64,000 bases of DNA from Octopus vulgaris (GCA_951406725.2 OX597817.1:84258001-84322000), one strand, 5' to 3'; shown: positions 27,328 through 40,326, counted from the stretch's first letter. The notes: generated by a model from the letters alone, not told the origin. Numbers and translations are program-made.

Positions 27328-27362
27328 GTTTCTGACGAAGAACTCCGCTCGAAACGTTAAAC
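27328..27362 (+). ncRNA. Ultra-minimal hammerhead motif
   Basis: GTTT CTGACGA A GAAC tcc GCTC GAAA CG TT AAAC. Confidence 0.7.
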
Positions 27363-27453
27363 CCTCCTTCTTTCCTGAGCGTCCAATAATACTATACTTG
27401 TTTCACGTCCTCGCGTTGTTGTGTTTTCTCTTTGTGTTTTCATGTTTCGATTA

Positions 27454-27520
<67 letters not shown>

Positions 27521-27552
27521 GTCTCATCAATTTATACATACATACATACATA

Positions 27553-27640
27553 CGTGCCCAGCGGATGTTAACATAAAGCTGAAGATCAGTGAAAAAGAGA
27601 ATACCTACGATGAGCTATTAAGAAATTTGTAATTACATAC
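27553..27640 (+). mobile_element. Internal endonuclease-coding fragment (about 90 bp) of the R4-type family
   Basis: CPADVNIKLKISEKENTYDELLRNL matches the 11733-12671 ORF. (TACA)n on both sides. Confidence 0.85.
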
Positions 27641-27822
27641 GTTGATACATACATACATACACACACATACATACACACACACACATACATACATACATAC
27701 ATACATTCATACACACATACATACATACATACATACATACATACATACATACATACATACATACATACATACATACATACATACATACATACATACATAC
27801 ATACATACATACATACATACAT

Positions 27823-28368
27823 GGCTGCCCCCTCGTTATCGAGTATGGCCATTGCACGAAACTTGTTGTTATCGTGCAATGCCTGTGCAAGAAGATTTTT
27901 TTAAAGTGGGGAAAGGCTGTGCACTGAGTCAACCCCACTCACTAAACAACAGCAGCCATAATCCGAAAAGAAGAACAAGTCAACATCATCGGTAACCACT
28001 GAGTCGCAGGTTTTATATCGGAGTTATCCCAGTTACCTGAGTTACCTTCTCCTAGAAGGATGCCCTAACAAAGGCTAGGAGTCATTCACTCCCAATGGTT
28101 TAACTGTGCGATCGGGTATTCAGTCCGATTATTTCTATGTCCCCGCGCATGATCCAGCCTTAAGACATTTATTGGATAGCCGTTGACTCTCAAGAGTTCC
28201 TCCGCCCTTTGACGGGTTTTGTTTTTCATCCCGCAGGGCGTCCAATAAACACCCTCCTCACCAAGCAAGCTTGGTGGGGTTGCCGGTTTAGTCGCCGACG
28301 ACCCGACCATGCAACAGGTTGTACTGGGTTACATGTTACCAGTAGCACTCAAAAGTGATCTGACACTA
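27823..28368 (-). mobile_element. Non-autonomous bipartite RTE-derived element
   Basis: RTE-5'UTR-like ctcctagcc..ctaggagaaggtaactc and RTE-3'-like atactcgataacgagggggcagcc followed by (ATGT)n. No ORF. Confidence 0.6.
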
Positions 28369-29083
28369 ACATACATACATACATACATACATACATACAT
28401 ACATACATACATACATGCATGCATGCATGCATACATACATACATACATACATACATACATACATACATACATGCATGCATGCATGCACAAGACAGACAGT
28501 CAGACATATGCACATATATATATTTGAAACATCGATGTTATTAAAATGCTAAAGTTAAACAGATTTTTTTCTATGTCTCGGGGATATTATATATTACTTC
28601 AGAATCACTGGAGTTGATCTGTCGAATTAATATTTCCCTCTAGGTAAGCTCTAGGTTGCATTATCACGTTTTGTGCTAGCAGACATGTTTTCATCAGACA
28701 ACCAAAATGCAAAACAAGAAATGCTGTCAACGCTAGAGCTCTTAATGAATAAGACAAATTTCTGTTAGAATAACTTCTGTCTTATGAGTTACATGTCACT
28801 TTATGAAGTAGTATAAGAAAATATGTATAAAGTAGAGACAAAGATAACATTTTCTTCAGTTACAATATTGAAATTATCGTTGTACACTGCCTAAAAAGCT
28901 TAACACGTCATAGAAAGCCGAAGCAGTTCGACTTTAAATATGACAATAAAACGGTATATGCAAATATAATTACAAAAGAAAAGCATTAAAACATAAACTA
29001 AGACACGCAAACAACTTGATATAACTGTAACAACATATTACAAGTATTCGGCATCTCGGTATCGCCCAGAACTTCTGATCTTG

Positions 29084-29144
<61 letters not shown>

Positions 29145-29287
29145 TAATCGAGTTGTCTGAGAATTTCAGCACGAATTTTATAAATTTGACTCTGATCTCA
29201 GTATTGAATCGTTTTAAATTAAAATCCTTAATTTAACATTTATACACACTTTCACACGAATATGCACGCACACACACTCACACACAG

Positions 29288-29348
<61 letters not shown>

Positions 29349-30927
29349 CATATATTCATATATTCATACATACATACATACATACATACATACATACATA
29401 CATACATACATACATACGTACATACATACACACACACATACATGTGTGTGTCTATGTGTTTACATACATATAGGTGACAAGTCGCATTTTCCCAGTAGGT
29501 CTTTTCCCAGCCGAACACTCAATCAGCATTCACTTTCCCAGTCAAGTGAAGGGATATTTCGATCATGAGTCAACAACACCCTCAAGAATTTCCCAGCTCC
29601 ACAATCGAAAACCAAACAAGCCTCTTCATGTTCTCTTGTAAAATGTGGCCGTGAATTCCTTCAAATAGTTGGTTACAATAGAATATCTTTCACGATAGTA
29701 CTTCTCCACCCGAACTGAGCAGGAGCTAAACAATAACAACGATGAAAGAAGCTCTACGTAGATGATAGACTTGCTAGAAATAAGCAGATTTTCAGCAGGT
29801 CATACTCCATTTCTTAAAAGAATGAGGGTGTATCAGATAATGCAACAGTTATTGATCACATTTTGTCTGAAAAAGAATGGTCTCACAATCAGTATTGATT
29901 TGGATTTAAACAATAAAAATCCGAACACGGGAGCCTTTAGTGGTCTCTAAACCTGCTAGAAATAATTACAAAATCTTTTTCAAAATCTCCTGAAGAAAAT
30001 AATAGATAATATAGTTCTAGTTACACTACATCTAAAAAGAGTGAATTGGCATTTAAGTGCTCACGTGATAGAAAATGCAGCAAAATTGTCCTCAAATCAC
30101 AACCTAGCATTTTAAAAGAGAGTTTTAGATACATCACCAAGTTCCCTTAACTGGCGCAACCAGTCATTGGAGTGTCGCGCTGGACGTTTTTGCAGTCAGT
30201 CATCAACTTTCGAATCTGTTCTCTGTTATGCATAGCAAGGTGGTGTTGTAGTCTTTCTAGCAAGAATGTTGTCAGACCATGATTATCTGTCTTCCTTCAA
30301 TTGTGCCCCGACAGGAAGTTGTTACACAATATGTGAAAGTATCAGTCAAGCTTTCGTCTTTCTACCTGCGTTAGTCTTTTTACTTGCGGAGGTTTTGAAA
30401 TCGGCCGCTCTTCAGTGGAAACAAAGGAGTGAATGTTTTGGAGTGTCACCAGCATGATGGATAGCAATAGCTGGAATGCCTTTGACCATATGACAGTTTA
30501 ATCAAAAATGGCTTTAGTTTGTAGAACAATACCACCACTAATCCCAACAGTTGAAAGTGAATGAGCGTGTATCTGGTTGGTCTGCTAGGTGAAAGAGTTG
30601 CTAAATCTTTTCTAAATCACACTCCTCACTATCTTGATAAAAAATCTCAAACTCGATACGTCAGGAATAAAAGACAGAATATAATTTTAGAACGCAGTAA
30701 TATCATTAAATTTTTAAGTCTCTTGTCGTGTAATTTACAGACAAAGGAAAAACCAATAATATTGTTTCTAACCTCTTTTGTAATCTTCAATAATTTATTA
30801 TATGAGTTTAATTAAACACCAAAACACACGCACACGCGCACACACACGCACACGCGCACACACACGCACACGCGCACACACACGCACACGCGCATACACA
30901 CGCACACACGTGTGTGGGTGGATAAGA

Positions 30928-30958
<31 letters not shown>

Positions 30959-31028
30959 CATATATATATACACATATATATATATATACATATATATATA
31001 TGTACATATATATATATATGTATATATG

Positions 31029-31102
<74 letters not shown>

Positions 31103-31337
31103 AATTAAATATAAGGATAAAATCTATATAAGATTTTACGAAGTAGCCAGTGTGTAAAACCAATTATGGTAAAAAAATTAATACTAAGTATATAAACTTT
31201 TAAAATACATTATTACATTAAGGCCTGTTACTAGAAGTAAAGTCACATGTGTGTGTATACACACACACCCACACACACATATATATATATATCCACATAC
31301 ATACACAAATACATAAACACACACACATATATATATA

Positions 31338-31628
31338 GGACGCATGGCTTAGTGGTTAGGGAGTTACACTGATGATCGCTAGATCATGGTTTCAATTCCT
31401 AGACTTGGTAGTGCGCTGTGTTATAGAGCAAGACACTTCATTTCACGATGCTCTACGATCACTTCGGCATCTGACGTGTGGTACACAGTACACCTGTTCA
31501 TACAAAGTCGATTTGATGAAGAGTGTGAGCTAATGTGCAGCATATACATTTGATTACTATAAACAAATCCTTTGTGCAGATCGTTCGACAAAAGCCGAAC
31601 GCTCATACGTTATCTTCGATGGGCGAGT

Positions 31629-31632
<4 letters not shown>
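31338..31632 (+). mobile_element. tRNA-derived SINE family D
   Basis: A box tggcttagtgg, B box ggtttcaattcc, gagcaagacacttcatttcac domain, (TA)n tail. Confidence 0.7.
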
Positions 31633-31687
<55 letters not shown>

Positions 31688-31734
31688 GTGTATCAAAATC
31701 TATTTAACTACATAAATTTATAAATACGTATGTA

Positions 31735-33125
31735 TGTTGTATTCTTTTAGTTATCTAAATTCTTCCTCTGAGGAAGAAGCTGGTTTCTAACAAAGATACA
31801 AAACTCCTTCGTTGGTATGTAGATAATAAAAACAATGTCAAACTTTAAACTTGAGAAAAGTCTTGCATATTTTTACTGTTCTACTTACAGATTTGATTTT
31901 CAATGTTCGAGAAACCTAGCTTTTCCTAATTGTCACTTAGGTATTTACTCACAAAACCAAGTGCACCAATTATTATAGGTGTAAATGTGAATTTACAATC
32001 TCGAAGTTTCGAAGCAGTTGTACATAGTTATGCTATTTCTCTTTGATTTTCGAAGAGGTATCCACATGAGCAGGACAGCTGACCTCTATGATGGTACATA
32101 CTTGTTGTCTCAAACAACAATATCTGGCCTGTTATGTTTACCCTTGAAAGATGTTTCTGATGGGAATAATCCATCAGATTTCCTTGAGTTGATGTTTGTG
32201 TACGTGTTCAATAACAAGGAAGTTATCTATGTTTATTCCATGACAATCGTTTTTTCCGAATGGCATTGTATATTATTTCTGCTACAACTTCGTGTTGCCT
32301 AGGGAGGTAGTATCTTGATGACACCTTTGGGCTGATGCTGATCAGATATGTCTTCCACAGAAATATGACATAATCTACGTTTTCAGTTGCATCTTGAAGT
32401 TCCAAGGTTTTCACTGTCTTTTTTGCTTATTAGGGTATTTCGTTGCAAACTTCTCCTCTTGGATTGCAGATGCATTGCCTCGAAGTGTGTTGTAAAATAG
32501 CGGCCACGAGTCCAAGAGAGGCTTCGCTTCATGTCGATGTTACCGTTATAGTCAAGTCTCCTGGAAACATACCCATGCATAATCTGGAATGCTAAGCGTT
32601 TCACATCCAGGTCTTCGTTTAGGTATGTTAATTTAGTTGTTTAAAGGTTGAATGGGAGGTCATCAGGAAGAGGGAAGCTCACAGCTGACACGTAAGATGT
32701 TGTTCTCTTCACTTATCAGCACTAAGTTAATGTATTTATTTTTGCTGTTGTTGCTTAGCAAGTACTGTCTGAGTTACACTATACGACATTCAAAGTTATC
32801 TGCACTGATCTCAAGCCTCTACCTCTTTTTCTCTTCTTAGGCAGAGCCAGTCAATATCTCTAGAGAGTGGATTTCTTCTAGAGAACAGTCAAGAATCCCA
32901 AATGTTGGAATCTGCACTGGTACTGCAAATGCATAGTGGGATACTGTCCTGTAAGAGGTGAGTTCCGACTGCCATATTTTTCTAATTCTGGCATGATATT
33001 CTCAGGTCATTATATCTTTATTCACTATACCTCCATATGCTTTCATCAATGCCGAGGTACATGTAACTTTCTTTACGCGGGACAGGAGAGATAGAGAGAA
33101 AATTGAAGCACAGGTTTTGAGTCTG
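31735..33125 (-). mobile_element. Decayed R4/Dong-type LINE
   Basis: YMYLGIDE, MHGYVSRRL..SLSWT..THFE, KVSSRYYLP, RPDIVV, KICKTFLKF. Same family as 11585-12990. Confidence 0.8.
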
Positions 33126-33288
33126 TATGTATGTATGGGTCCTTTGTATATATGTATGTATGTATGCATGTATGCATGTATGTATGTATGCATATATATG
33201 CATGCATGTAAGTATGTATGAATGAATGCATATGTATATATATATGTATGCATATGTATATATATATGTATGCATATATGTATGCATT

Positions 33289-33518
33289 TAAGGCGGCGAG
33301 CTGGCAGAAACGTTAGCATGCCGGGCGAAATGCGTAGCCGTATTTCGTCTGCCGTTACGTTCTGAGTTCAAATTCCGCCGAGGTCGACTTTGCCTTTCAT
33401 CCTTTCGGGGTCGATAAATTAAGTACCAGTTACGCACTGGGGTCGTTGTAATCGACTTAATCCGTTTGTCTGTCCTTGTTTGTCCCCTCTGTGTTTAGCC
33501 CCTTGTGGGTAGTAAAGA
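33289..33518 (+). mobile_element. tRNA-derived SINE family A, full length
   Basis: ggcggcgagctggcagaa head, gagttcaaattcc B box, central gcctttcatcctttcggggtcgataaa domain (resembles the MetaSINE core, from memory). Confidence 0.9.
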
Positions 33519-33622
33519 TATATATATATATGTATGCATATGTATATGTATATATATATATATGTGTGTGTGCCTGTGTGTTTCCGTGTCTGTGTCTATG
33601 TGAGCGTTTGTGTGCGCGTGTG

Positions 33623-33654
<32 letters not shown>

Positions 33655-33793
33655 TGCATTAACGTGGTATTTGAGGCTATTTTGAAGAATAATATTGATG
33701 AAGTCGATCAGGAATTTGTAAGTTATAACAAAATAAATATAGATTTTTATAAGTTTCTTTCCTCTTCTAGCAAAAAGTATATCGAAATGTGCA

Positions 33794-34261
33794 CTAGCAA
33801 TCGACCTCACGCGGGCTTATGCCCGCGGCTTCCATGTTCACCGCGAGACCCTCCAGCTCGAAGGATGCATAAAATAATATCAACTCCTGTCTATCGAAAC
33901 CGAAATTTAAATGTTCGAATCCAAATGCAATGAAGATATTGCAACCAGCGTAGCTATTAAGGTATTTAGCTGTCTGGATTAAGTCACTTTATCGATGAAT
34001 TTTCATAACTGAAGATTTCACACTTTTTCTTTTGTGGCTCTGTAACAATACCACTCTACGTTCAATAAAATATTGACTTGACGACAAATATCTACTTCCC
34101 AGAAGTATTTCGACCTTTGAAATATATGCCCAAAATTACAGGGGAACATAGACGCGGAAGAAAGAAGAAACAGAAAACCTTTACGTTACGGCATACAATC
34201 GCAGTTTTCATTGATATAACGTTACCAAATATCCCCAAATACTACCATTCATATATATAGA
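33794..34261 (-). mobile_element. Non-autonomous Helitron
   Basis: Minus-strand 3' end: CGCGGGC ataa GCCCGCG hairpin, 12 nt, CTAG|T. Tentative 5' TCtatatata at 34261. Confidence 0.6.
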
Positions 34262-34289
34262 CATTTTGCTGGATGATCTAGAGGTAATA

Positions 34290-34510
34290 TTGGTTTCAAA
34301 GTTTGGCACAATGCCAGCAATTTCAGGGGAGGGTATGAGTCGATTATATCGAACCCCAGTGCTCAACTGATACTTATTTTATCTACCACTAAAGGATGAA
34401 AGGCAAAATCGATCCCGGTGGCATTTGAATTCAAATACGTACAGACAGATGAAATGCCGCTAAGCTTTATTCCCGGCGTGGTAATGATCCTGCCAGCACG
34501 CTGTCTTTCT
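34290..34510 (-). mobile_element. SINE family A, older subfamily
   Basis: aaaggatgaaaggcaaaatcga core plus head. Its tail is like that of 49703-49920. Confidence 0.8.
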
Positions 34511-34904
34511 TGAAGTATCAGTAAATGATGATATATGCATATATTTGTCGTGAATTAAATGACTAATTTAGATTTCTTAGAACAATATTATTCGGAAACG
34601 GACATTTGTCGTAAATCTTTTGTTTCTGTCGAAGCTAAAAAACAATGTAATAAGTTTTTTTATGAGTCATAGATACAAGTGCGGAAATGAAACACTACAA
34701 AGATTGATCGGTAGGAATATCTCAACACTATGTGAGAGCGATCAATTTCGTTTTGGTCTCGACAGACAAGAGATTTGTGCTAAATTCGTTATTTTCTTTT
34801 CTTTCTTTCGCTTTCTTCTGTCTCTGTTCAATTGTTAACTGTGACATGACAAGGACTTTTTGAGGTGAAGATATCCGGCAGAAGAAATCATTTACACACA
34901 CACA

Positions 34905-34951
<47 letters not shown>

Positions 34952-34955
34952 ACAT

Positions 34956-34995
<40 letters not shown>

Positions 34996-35009
34996 CGTAC
35001 ATACATACG

Positions 35010-35055
<46 letters not shown>

Positions 35056-35104
35056 CATATGGATATATATATAGGCATATACACACACACATATGCTTTT
35101 ATTA

Positions 35105-35294
35105 TTTTATACTTTTACTTGTTTTAGTGATTTGACTGTGGCCATGCTGGAACACCGCCTATAATCGGGTAAATCGACTCCAGGACTTATTCTTTGTAAT
35201 TGTAGTACTTATTCTACCGCCCCTTTTGCCGAACCGCTAAGTTACAGAGACGTAAACACACCAGCATTGGTTGACAAGCGATGTTGGGGGACAA

Positions 35295-35300
<6 letters not shown>
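35105..35300 (-). mobile_element. SINE family B, 3' half
   Basis: Matches 63285-63480. Confidence 0.85.
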
Positions 35301-35333
<33 letters not shown>

Positions 35334-35346
35334 CATGCACGTAACC

Positions 35347-35407
<61 letters not shown>

Positions 35408-35408
<1 letters not shown>

Positions 35409-36080
35409 CGTGCATATATGGTTACAGGACGGCAAAAAACACGTGAACAAAATGAGAAACGAGAACATAAAAAACAAAACATGGAACTTTTTCCGAACAA
35501 CGAAAGAAACAAATAGAGAAACGAGACAGGCAACATAAAGAACATTCCCTTCATCAGTTGTCCCCTGTTTTATCGACTCTGCGTTACGAAGGTAGGGACA
35601 AGACGCGACTTCGTTAAAACTGTCCTTCCCACAAAACAAATTAAATAAAATTTGGGATTTTTTGCGGAGGTTTAAAGTGGTAATAAAAACAGGACAGTAA
35701 GAACAAAACAGTAAAAACAAAGGGTGAGGGCTCTTAAGCCATAACAAGATGACGTAGGGAACGCTGAAAAAACGAGCTTTGAGAAGAGATAGGCAAAAGC
35801 GCGTCTTGTTTTTAGGAAGGAAGTAGAAGAAAGATAGATAGCTGTTGGTCACGTGTGAGCAACGAGAGTCAAGGACGAAGAGTGAGAGAGAGAGACAGGG
35901 AACGGTAAAAGTGAGAGGAGAAGAATTTGGAGAAAGGGTGGGAGAGAAAAACAAAATGGAAGAAGAACAAGAGAGGGAGACAGAATAGAGATAGGTTCTA
36001 GAGTGCGCATCGGAATTAAGATAAAACTTACTTGGAAATGGATGCGTGGCGTTCGATAATATGATAATATAAGTAATATA
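35408..36080 (-). mobile_element. (TA)n-inserted non-coding element carrying a permuted hammerhead
   Basis: Its terminal 100 bp recur inverted at 38250-38355. Strong purine/pyrimidine strand skew, as in other pLTR-like regions. Confidence 0.55.
35547..35607 (-). ncRNA. Non-circularly permuted hammerhead-like motif (GAAA mutated to GTAA)
   Basis: cGCG TC TTGTCCCT a CCTTC GTAA CGCa gagtcgataaaac aGGGGACAA CTGATGA AGGG. Confidence 0.6.
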
Positions 36081-36082
36081 TA

Positions 36083-36391
36083 TCACGTGATCACGTGACC
36101 GACCAGACCATTAAATTTTGCTACACATCGCTGGTAACAATGCGTTCGCATTGTTTTAGCCTTCGAATGACGCCACCCCACTGGCTAAGCGAGCAGGTCA
36201 ACAGAAGAAAGAGTGCGAGAAAGAGTGGCGAAAGAGTACAGCAGGGATCACCCCCCCCCCTGCCGGAGCCTCGTGGAGCTTTTAGGTGTTTTCGCTCAAT
36301 AAAAACTCACAATGACCGGTCTGGGAATCAAAACCGCGATCCTGCGACCGTGAGTCCGCTGCCCTGACCATTGGGCCATTGTGCCTCCACA
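36083..36391 (-). mobile_element. tRNA-derived SINE family C
   Basis: Head tggcccaatggtcagggcagcggac..ggttttgattccc. The 3' part is repeated at 54909-55029. Confidence 0.8.
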
Positions 36392-36397
36392 TAAATA

Positions 36398-36456
<59 letters not shown>

Positions 36457-36611
36457 CACATATATGTACATGTCTATATATATATATGTATGTATATGTA
36501 TACGTATGTATGTATGTATGTGTGTGTGTATGTATGTATATATGTAGATAGGTAGGTAGGTAGGTAGGTATGTGTGTGTTTGTACGTATATAAATGTACA
36601 CACACATAGTG

Positions 36612-36651
<40 letters not shown>

Positions 36652-38107
36652 AATATATAAAATTTACTTATCACTCAAAAATTTACAAAATGCTTTTCCG
36701 GTTTCAACAGTTTACGAATTCAGAGGCGTTGAAGAGAAACATAACAACGATCGTATATATATACATAATATACAAAATGTTAAATAAGTTCAATAACCGC
36801 AGAAAACCTTTGTTGGAACCTATAAGAATATTACACAAAACTGTCTGACCTTTTCGCCTCTAGGCATTTTAAATAATTTCAATAATTTTTTTTTTAAAAA
36901 AAACAAGATCATTGAATGTGAGTTACAGATTAAAACTAACTTCTTTTTACTCGTATGGAGCGTGTATCAGGATGACACAACAGTTTATTATGTCCAGCTG
37001 TTAGGCATGATAAAATAATATTTCATGAAATATTTTGAATTCATCAACCGACATCCCTCATTCAATGGTTTTGTCGAAAAATCGTTTTTTTTTTAATTGA
37101 AATATTTAAAAATGCCTTAGGAAACATTCTTATATACTGCTGTTACAGGTTTTGACCAAATCAGTATGTTTCCTACTTTTAACATTGTAGTCAATGGTTT
37201 TATTTCAAATGTTAATATAAAGTTTTTTGGTTAATTTCTATTATTGTTTGAGAATCGATAAAGCATTGAACACAAGGTTTCAATTCGAGAAGTTTCAACT
37301 CAAAATATTAAAAGCATTTAAAATTATACTGAATGTTCAGGCAAAATCTGACGATTTTTCATGTTTTCTCCTTTCTTTTAAGAACAACATGATGAACAGA
37401 CAACAGTGTTGAAGAGCATAAAGATTAAAGTTGTAATTGAGAAAAAGTTAGCTTACATAGGGGAATAGAAGTCGTTTGAATATTGGAAAAGTATCACTTG
37501 TGTCATGATAATACGCACTGGATGTCAAAACGCCGACATTATGACTACTGCTCATTGCTCTGTGAACGCTGTAAAGGCTGTAAAATGTGACATGGACAGC
37601 TGCAGTAGGTTTATCTGAAATGTGTTTTTTCACCATTTCACCTAATTTTGATTTTATCAATCACCAGTTGTTTTGAAGTCCATACTTTGATGATCAAGTA
37701 GCTTAGTCTAACTTTCAGTCCCAGATTGAGCTAGAGAGTTTGACATTGTAGCAGTTCACGTTGAACCTCTCAGCTTGCGATTTCTTCCCTTGAGTCAGCT
37801 TACACTGAAGAAAGCTATATTGATGCATTTCAAATCCACACATTACCAAAACTTTGTGGTCAGTAGCAATGAGAGCAATATTGGAGATGGCATCACTGAA
37901 ACGAATAACGGCTCAGAATTATGTTCTTTTGATACTTATAACTATCCGATAGGTCTCCTCTAATTATCAGTCCCAAACCTTTGGAAAATGACAGTCCATA
38001 TAGTTTCTGCAAGAAAGGTAAGCAGTTTTGATGGTGATTGTGATGCAGTTTCATCATTGTTGGTCTTCGCTGACTGTCATTTTATAACAGGCCTTTCTCT
38101 TCCCTTC

Positions 38108-38232
38108 TCACATGGTTCTGGGTTCAGTCCCACTGCGTGGCAACTTGGGTGAGTGTCTTCCACTATGGCCTCGGTCCGACCAAAGCCTTGTGAATGAATC
38201 TGGTACACGGAAACTGAAAGAAGCCCGTCGTA
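38108..38232 (+). mobile_element. SINE family B, 5' half
   Basis: gggttcagtcccactgcgtggca..gaaactgaaagaagcccgtcgtata. Confidence 0.8.
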
Positions 38233-38359
38233 TATATATATATATATCTATATTTCGTTGTTCGAAACGAAGTTCGTTTTCCATGCTGTTGATTTTTATG
38301 TTTTCGTTTCTCATTTTGTTCATGCTTTTTCACGTCCTGTACCCATATATGCATGTATA

Positions 38360-39040
38360 TCTATAGTATAAATTGGACATGGGCGATCGTTGTATTCTTT
38401 CTTGTCTTGAGGTTCACAGCCAAACGGCTGGCTGGATTCGCGTGAGAAATGGCACACATGTGGAGACGGGTGCATAGATTGGAATGCGGTTTTTATTTTT
38501 CCTAGCCCCCATAGTTACCGAGAAAAGCGATTAAAACTTTGTTCAGCCATTAAAACAACCAGTTGCTCACACAGCCGGCATATACCATTTCGCTAGCAAC
38601 AAGGGGAGTACAGGATGACAGTCAGCCAAAACTTTCGCTATCCTGTCTCTCTTCTTTCACCTCTTTGTGGGGTTCATAATCTTAACTTTTAGTTACAGTT
38701 TCTCATTAAAACTACATAATAGGCGAATTAAGACAGTAGGGTGTTTTGAAGGAGATTTGGCTGCTATTTCTACCAGGTCTAGCTACTATGTAGAGGTGTG
38801 AACTTAATTTTCATTCACATATTTGCATTTAAAAAATTTAACATAATCTTTTCCATAAATCAACTATCGTAAAAATTTTATACGATGACCTCAGATTTTC
38901 TATGTATGTGTGTGTACCTTAAAAGACGTCAAACATCACGACACACACCTTCACTTACTCCATCTCTCTTTCTCAGCCTCTTTTTCTCTCACATACACAC
39001 GCGCAAGCCCGCACGCACACACACACGCACAGACTAACGC

Positions 39041-39092
<52 letters not shown>

Positions 39093-39445
39093 CCATTTCA
39101 TATATCTTCTTTCAATTTCTGCTCTCTGCAAATAAAAGTTTCTACGGATACAACTGCTTACAAAAATTAGGAATTAATGTATAAATTATTTCTATGTTCA
39201 TAATTAAATCAATCTTTTAATGATTAGACAGACTACGTACATATTCGTTCTTCACAACTCCTGAAGCTGTTTTCTGACAAGGGGTGGGGTGGAATCAGGA
39301 AATTTTCATACAGCTGGAGGCTCCAATCAAAACAGGCGATCCGAAATGATATGGTTGAGAAACGGTGTTATAGATTATGCCTAACCGAAAACGATCACAG
39401 TCACACCATCCAAACAGACCGGGTGAAACCGGGCTTAGCTGCTAG
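38360..39445 (+). mobile_element. Non-autonomous Helitron
   Basis: A|TCtatagtataaa start, then ccgggtgaaaccggg hairpin, 8 nt, CTAG|T end. Confidence 0.6.
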
Positions 39446-39722
39446 TATACATAAGAAGTTAGTTTTAATCTGTAACTCAGATTCAATGATCTTGTTTTTT
39501 TTTTTTTTTAAAATTATTGAAATTATTTAAAATGCCTAGAGGCGAAAAGGTCAGACAGCTTTGTGTAATATTCTTATAGGTTCCAACAAAGGTTTTCTGC
39601 GGTTATTGAACTTATTCAACATTTTGTATATTATGTATATATATACGATCGCCTCTGAATTCGTAAACTGTTGAAACCGGAAAAGCATTTTGTAAATTTT
39701 TGAGTGATAAGTAAATTTTATA

Positions 39723-39796
<74 letters not shown>

Positions 39797-39917
39797 ATAT
39801 GTGTGTGTACATTTATATACGTACAAACACACACATACATACATACCTACCTACCTACATACATACATGCATACATATATACGTACACACACACACATAC
39901 ATACATACATACATACA

Positions 39918-39984
<67 letters not shown>

Positions 39985-39985
39985 G

Positions 39986-40076
<91 letters not shown>
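39986..40076. repeat. (AAT)n microsatellite
   Basis: Direct reading. Confidence 0.95.
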
Positions 40077-40077
<1 letters not shown>

Positions 40078-40326
40078 GGGTAAAATTAATTAATTAACAA
40101 GTAATTAATAGTTCTACCAAAGTAGTATTCGGCATGTTAAAAGGACCATTTTTCGGTAAACTTAAACAATATTTTATAATTATGATAATGGGCGAGGGAA
40201 GATGAGGGACCTCATTCGTATGTTTTGAATTCGTTGGTACTGGTCATTGGATATAGTCTGATGCTACTTTGAATTGGATAGGTATGTTCAATTTTTTCAG
40301 TGCTCTCAAATTTAAAATCGTGGAAT

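Larger units (their letters stand above)
25869..27460. mobile_element. PLE-like non-autonomous unit bounded by diverged inverted hammerhead-bearing repeats
   Basis: 25869-26075 is a diverged reverse complement of 27255-27460. (TA)n lies outside both ends. Confidence 0.65.
36470..39985. repeat. Inverted repeat pair of about 480-530 bp (36470-36945 / 39453-39985)
   Basis: Near-identical reverse complements, including the microsatellite mosaic. The right copy has a deletion of about 20 bp. Confidence 0.9.

Noticed and set aside
29740-30130. Degenerate repeated motif (gctagaaata..aaatct), also near 8920, 30570 and 38745
   Set aside because: Probably an old dispersed or tandem repeat, but too decayed to define boundaries by eye.
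31338-31410. tRNA gene (likewise the heads at 33289, 36391 and 63640)
   Set aside because: A and B boxes are present, but there is no complete cloverleaf and each continues into a SINE body.
33670-33725. Possible host exon ending at GTAAGT
   Set aside because: No clear acceptor site, no recognisable protein and no partner exons.
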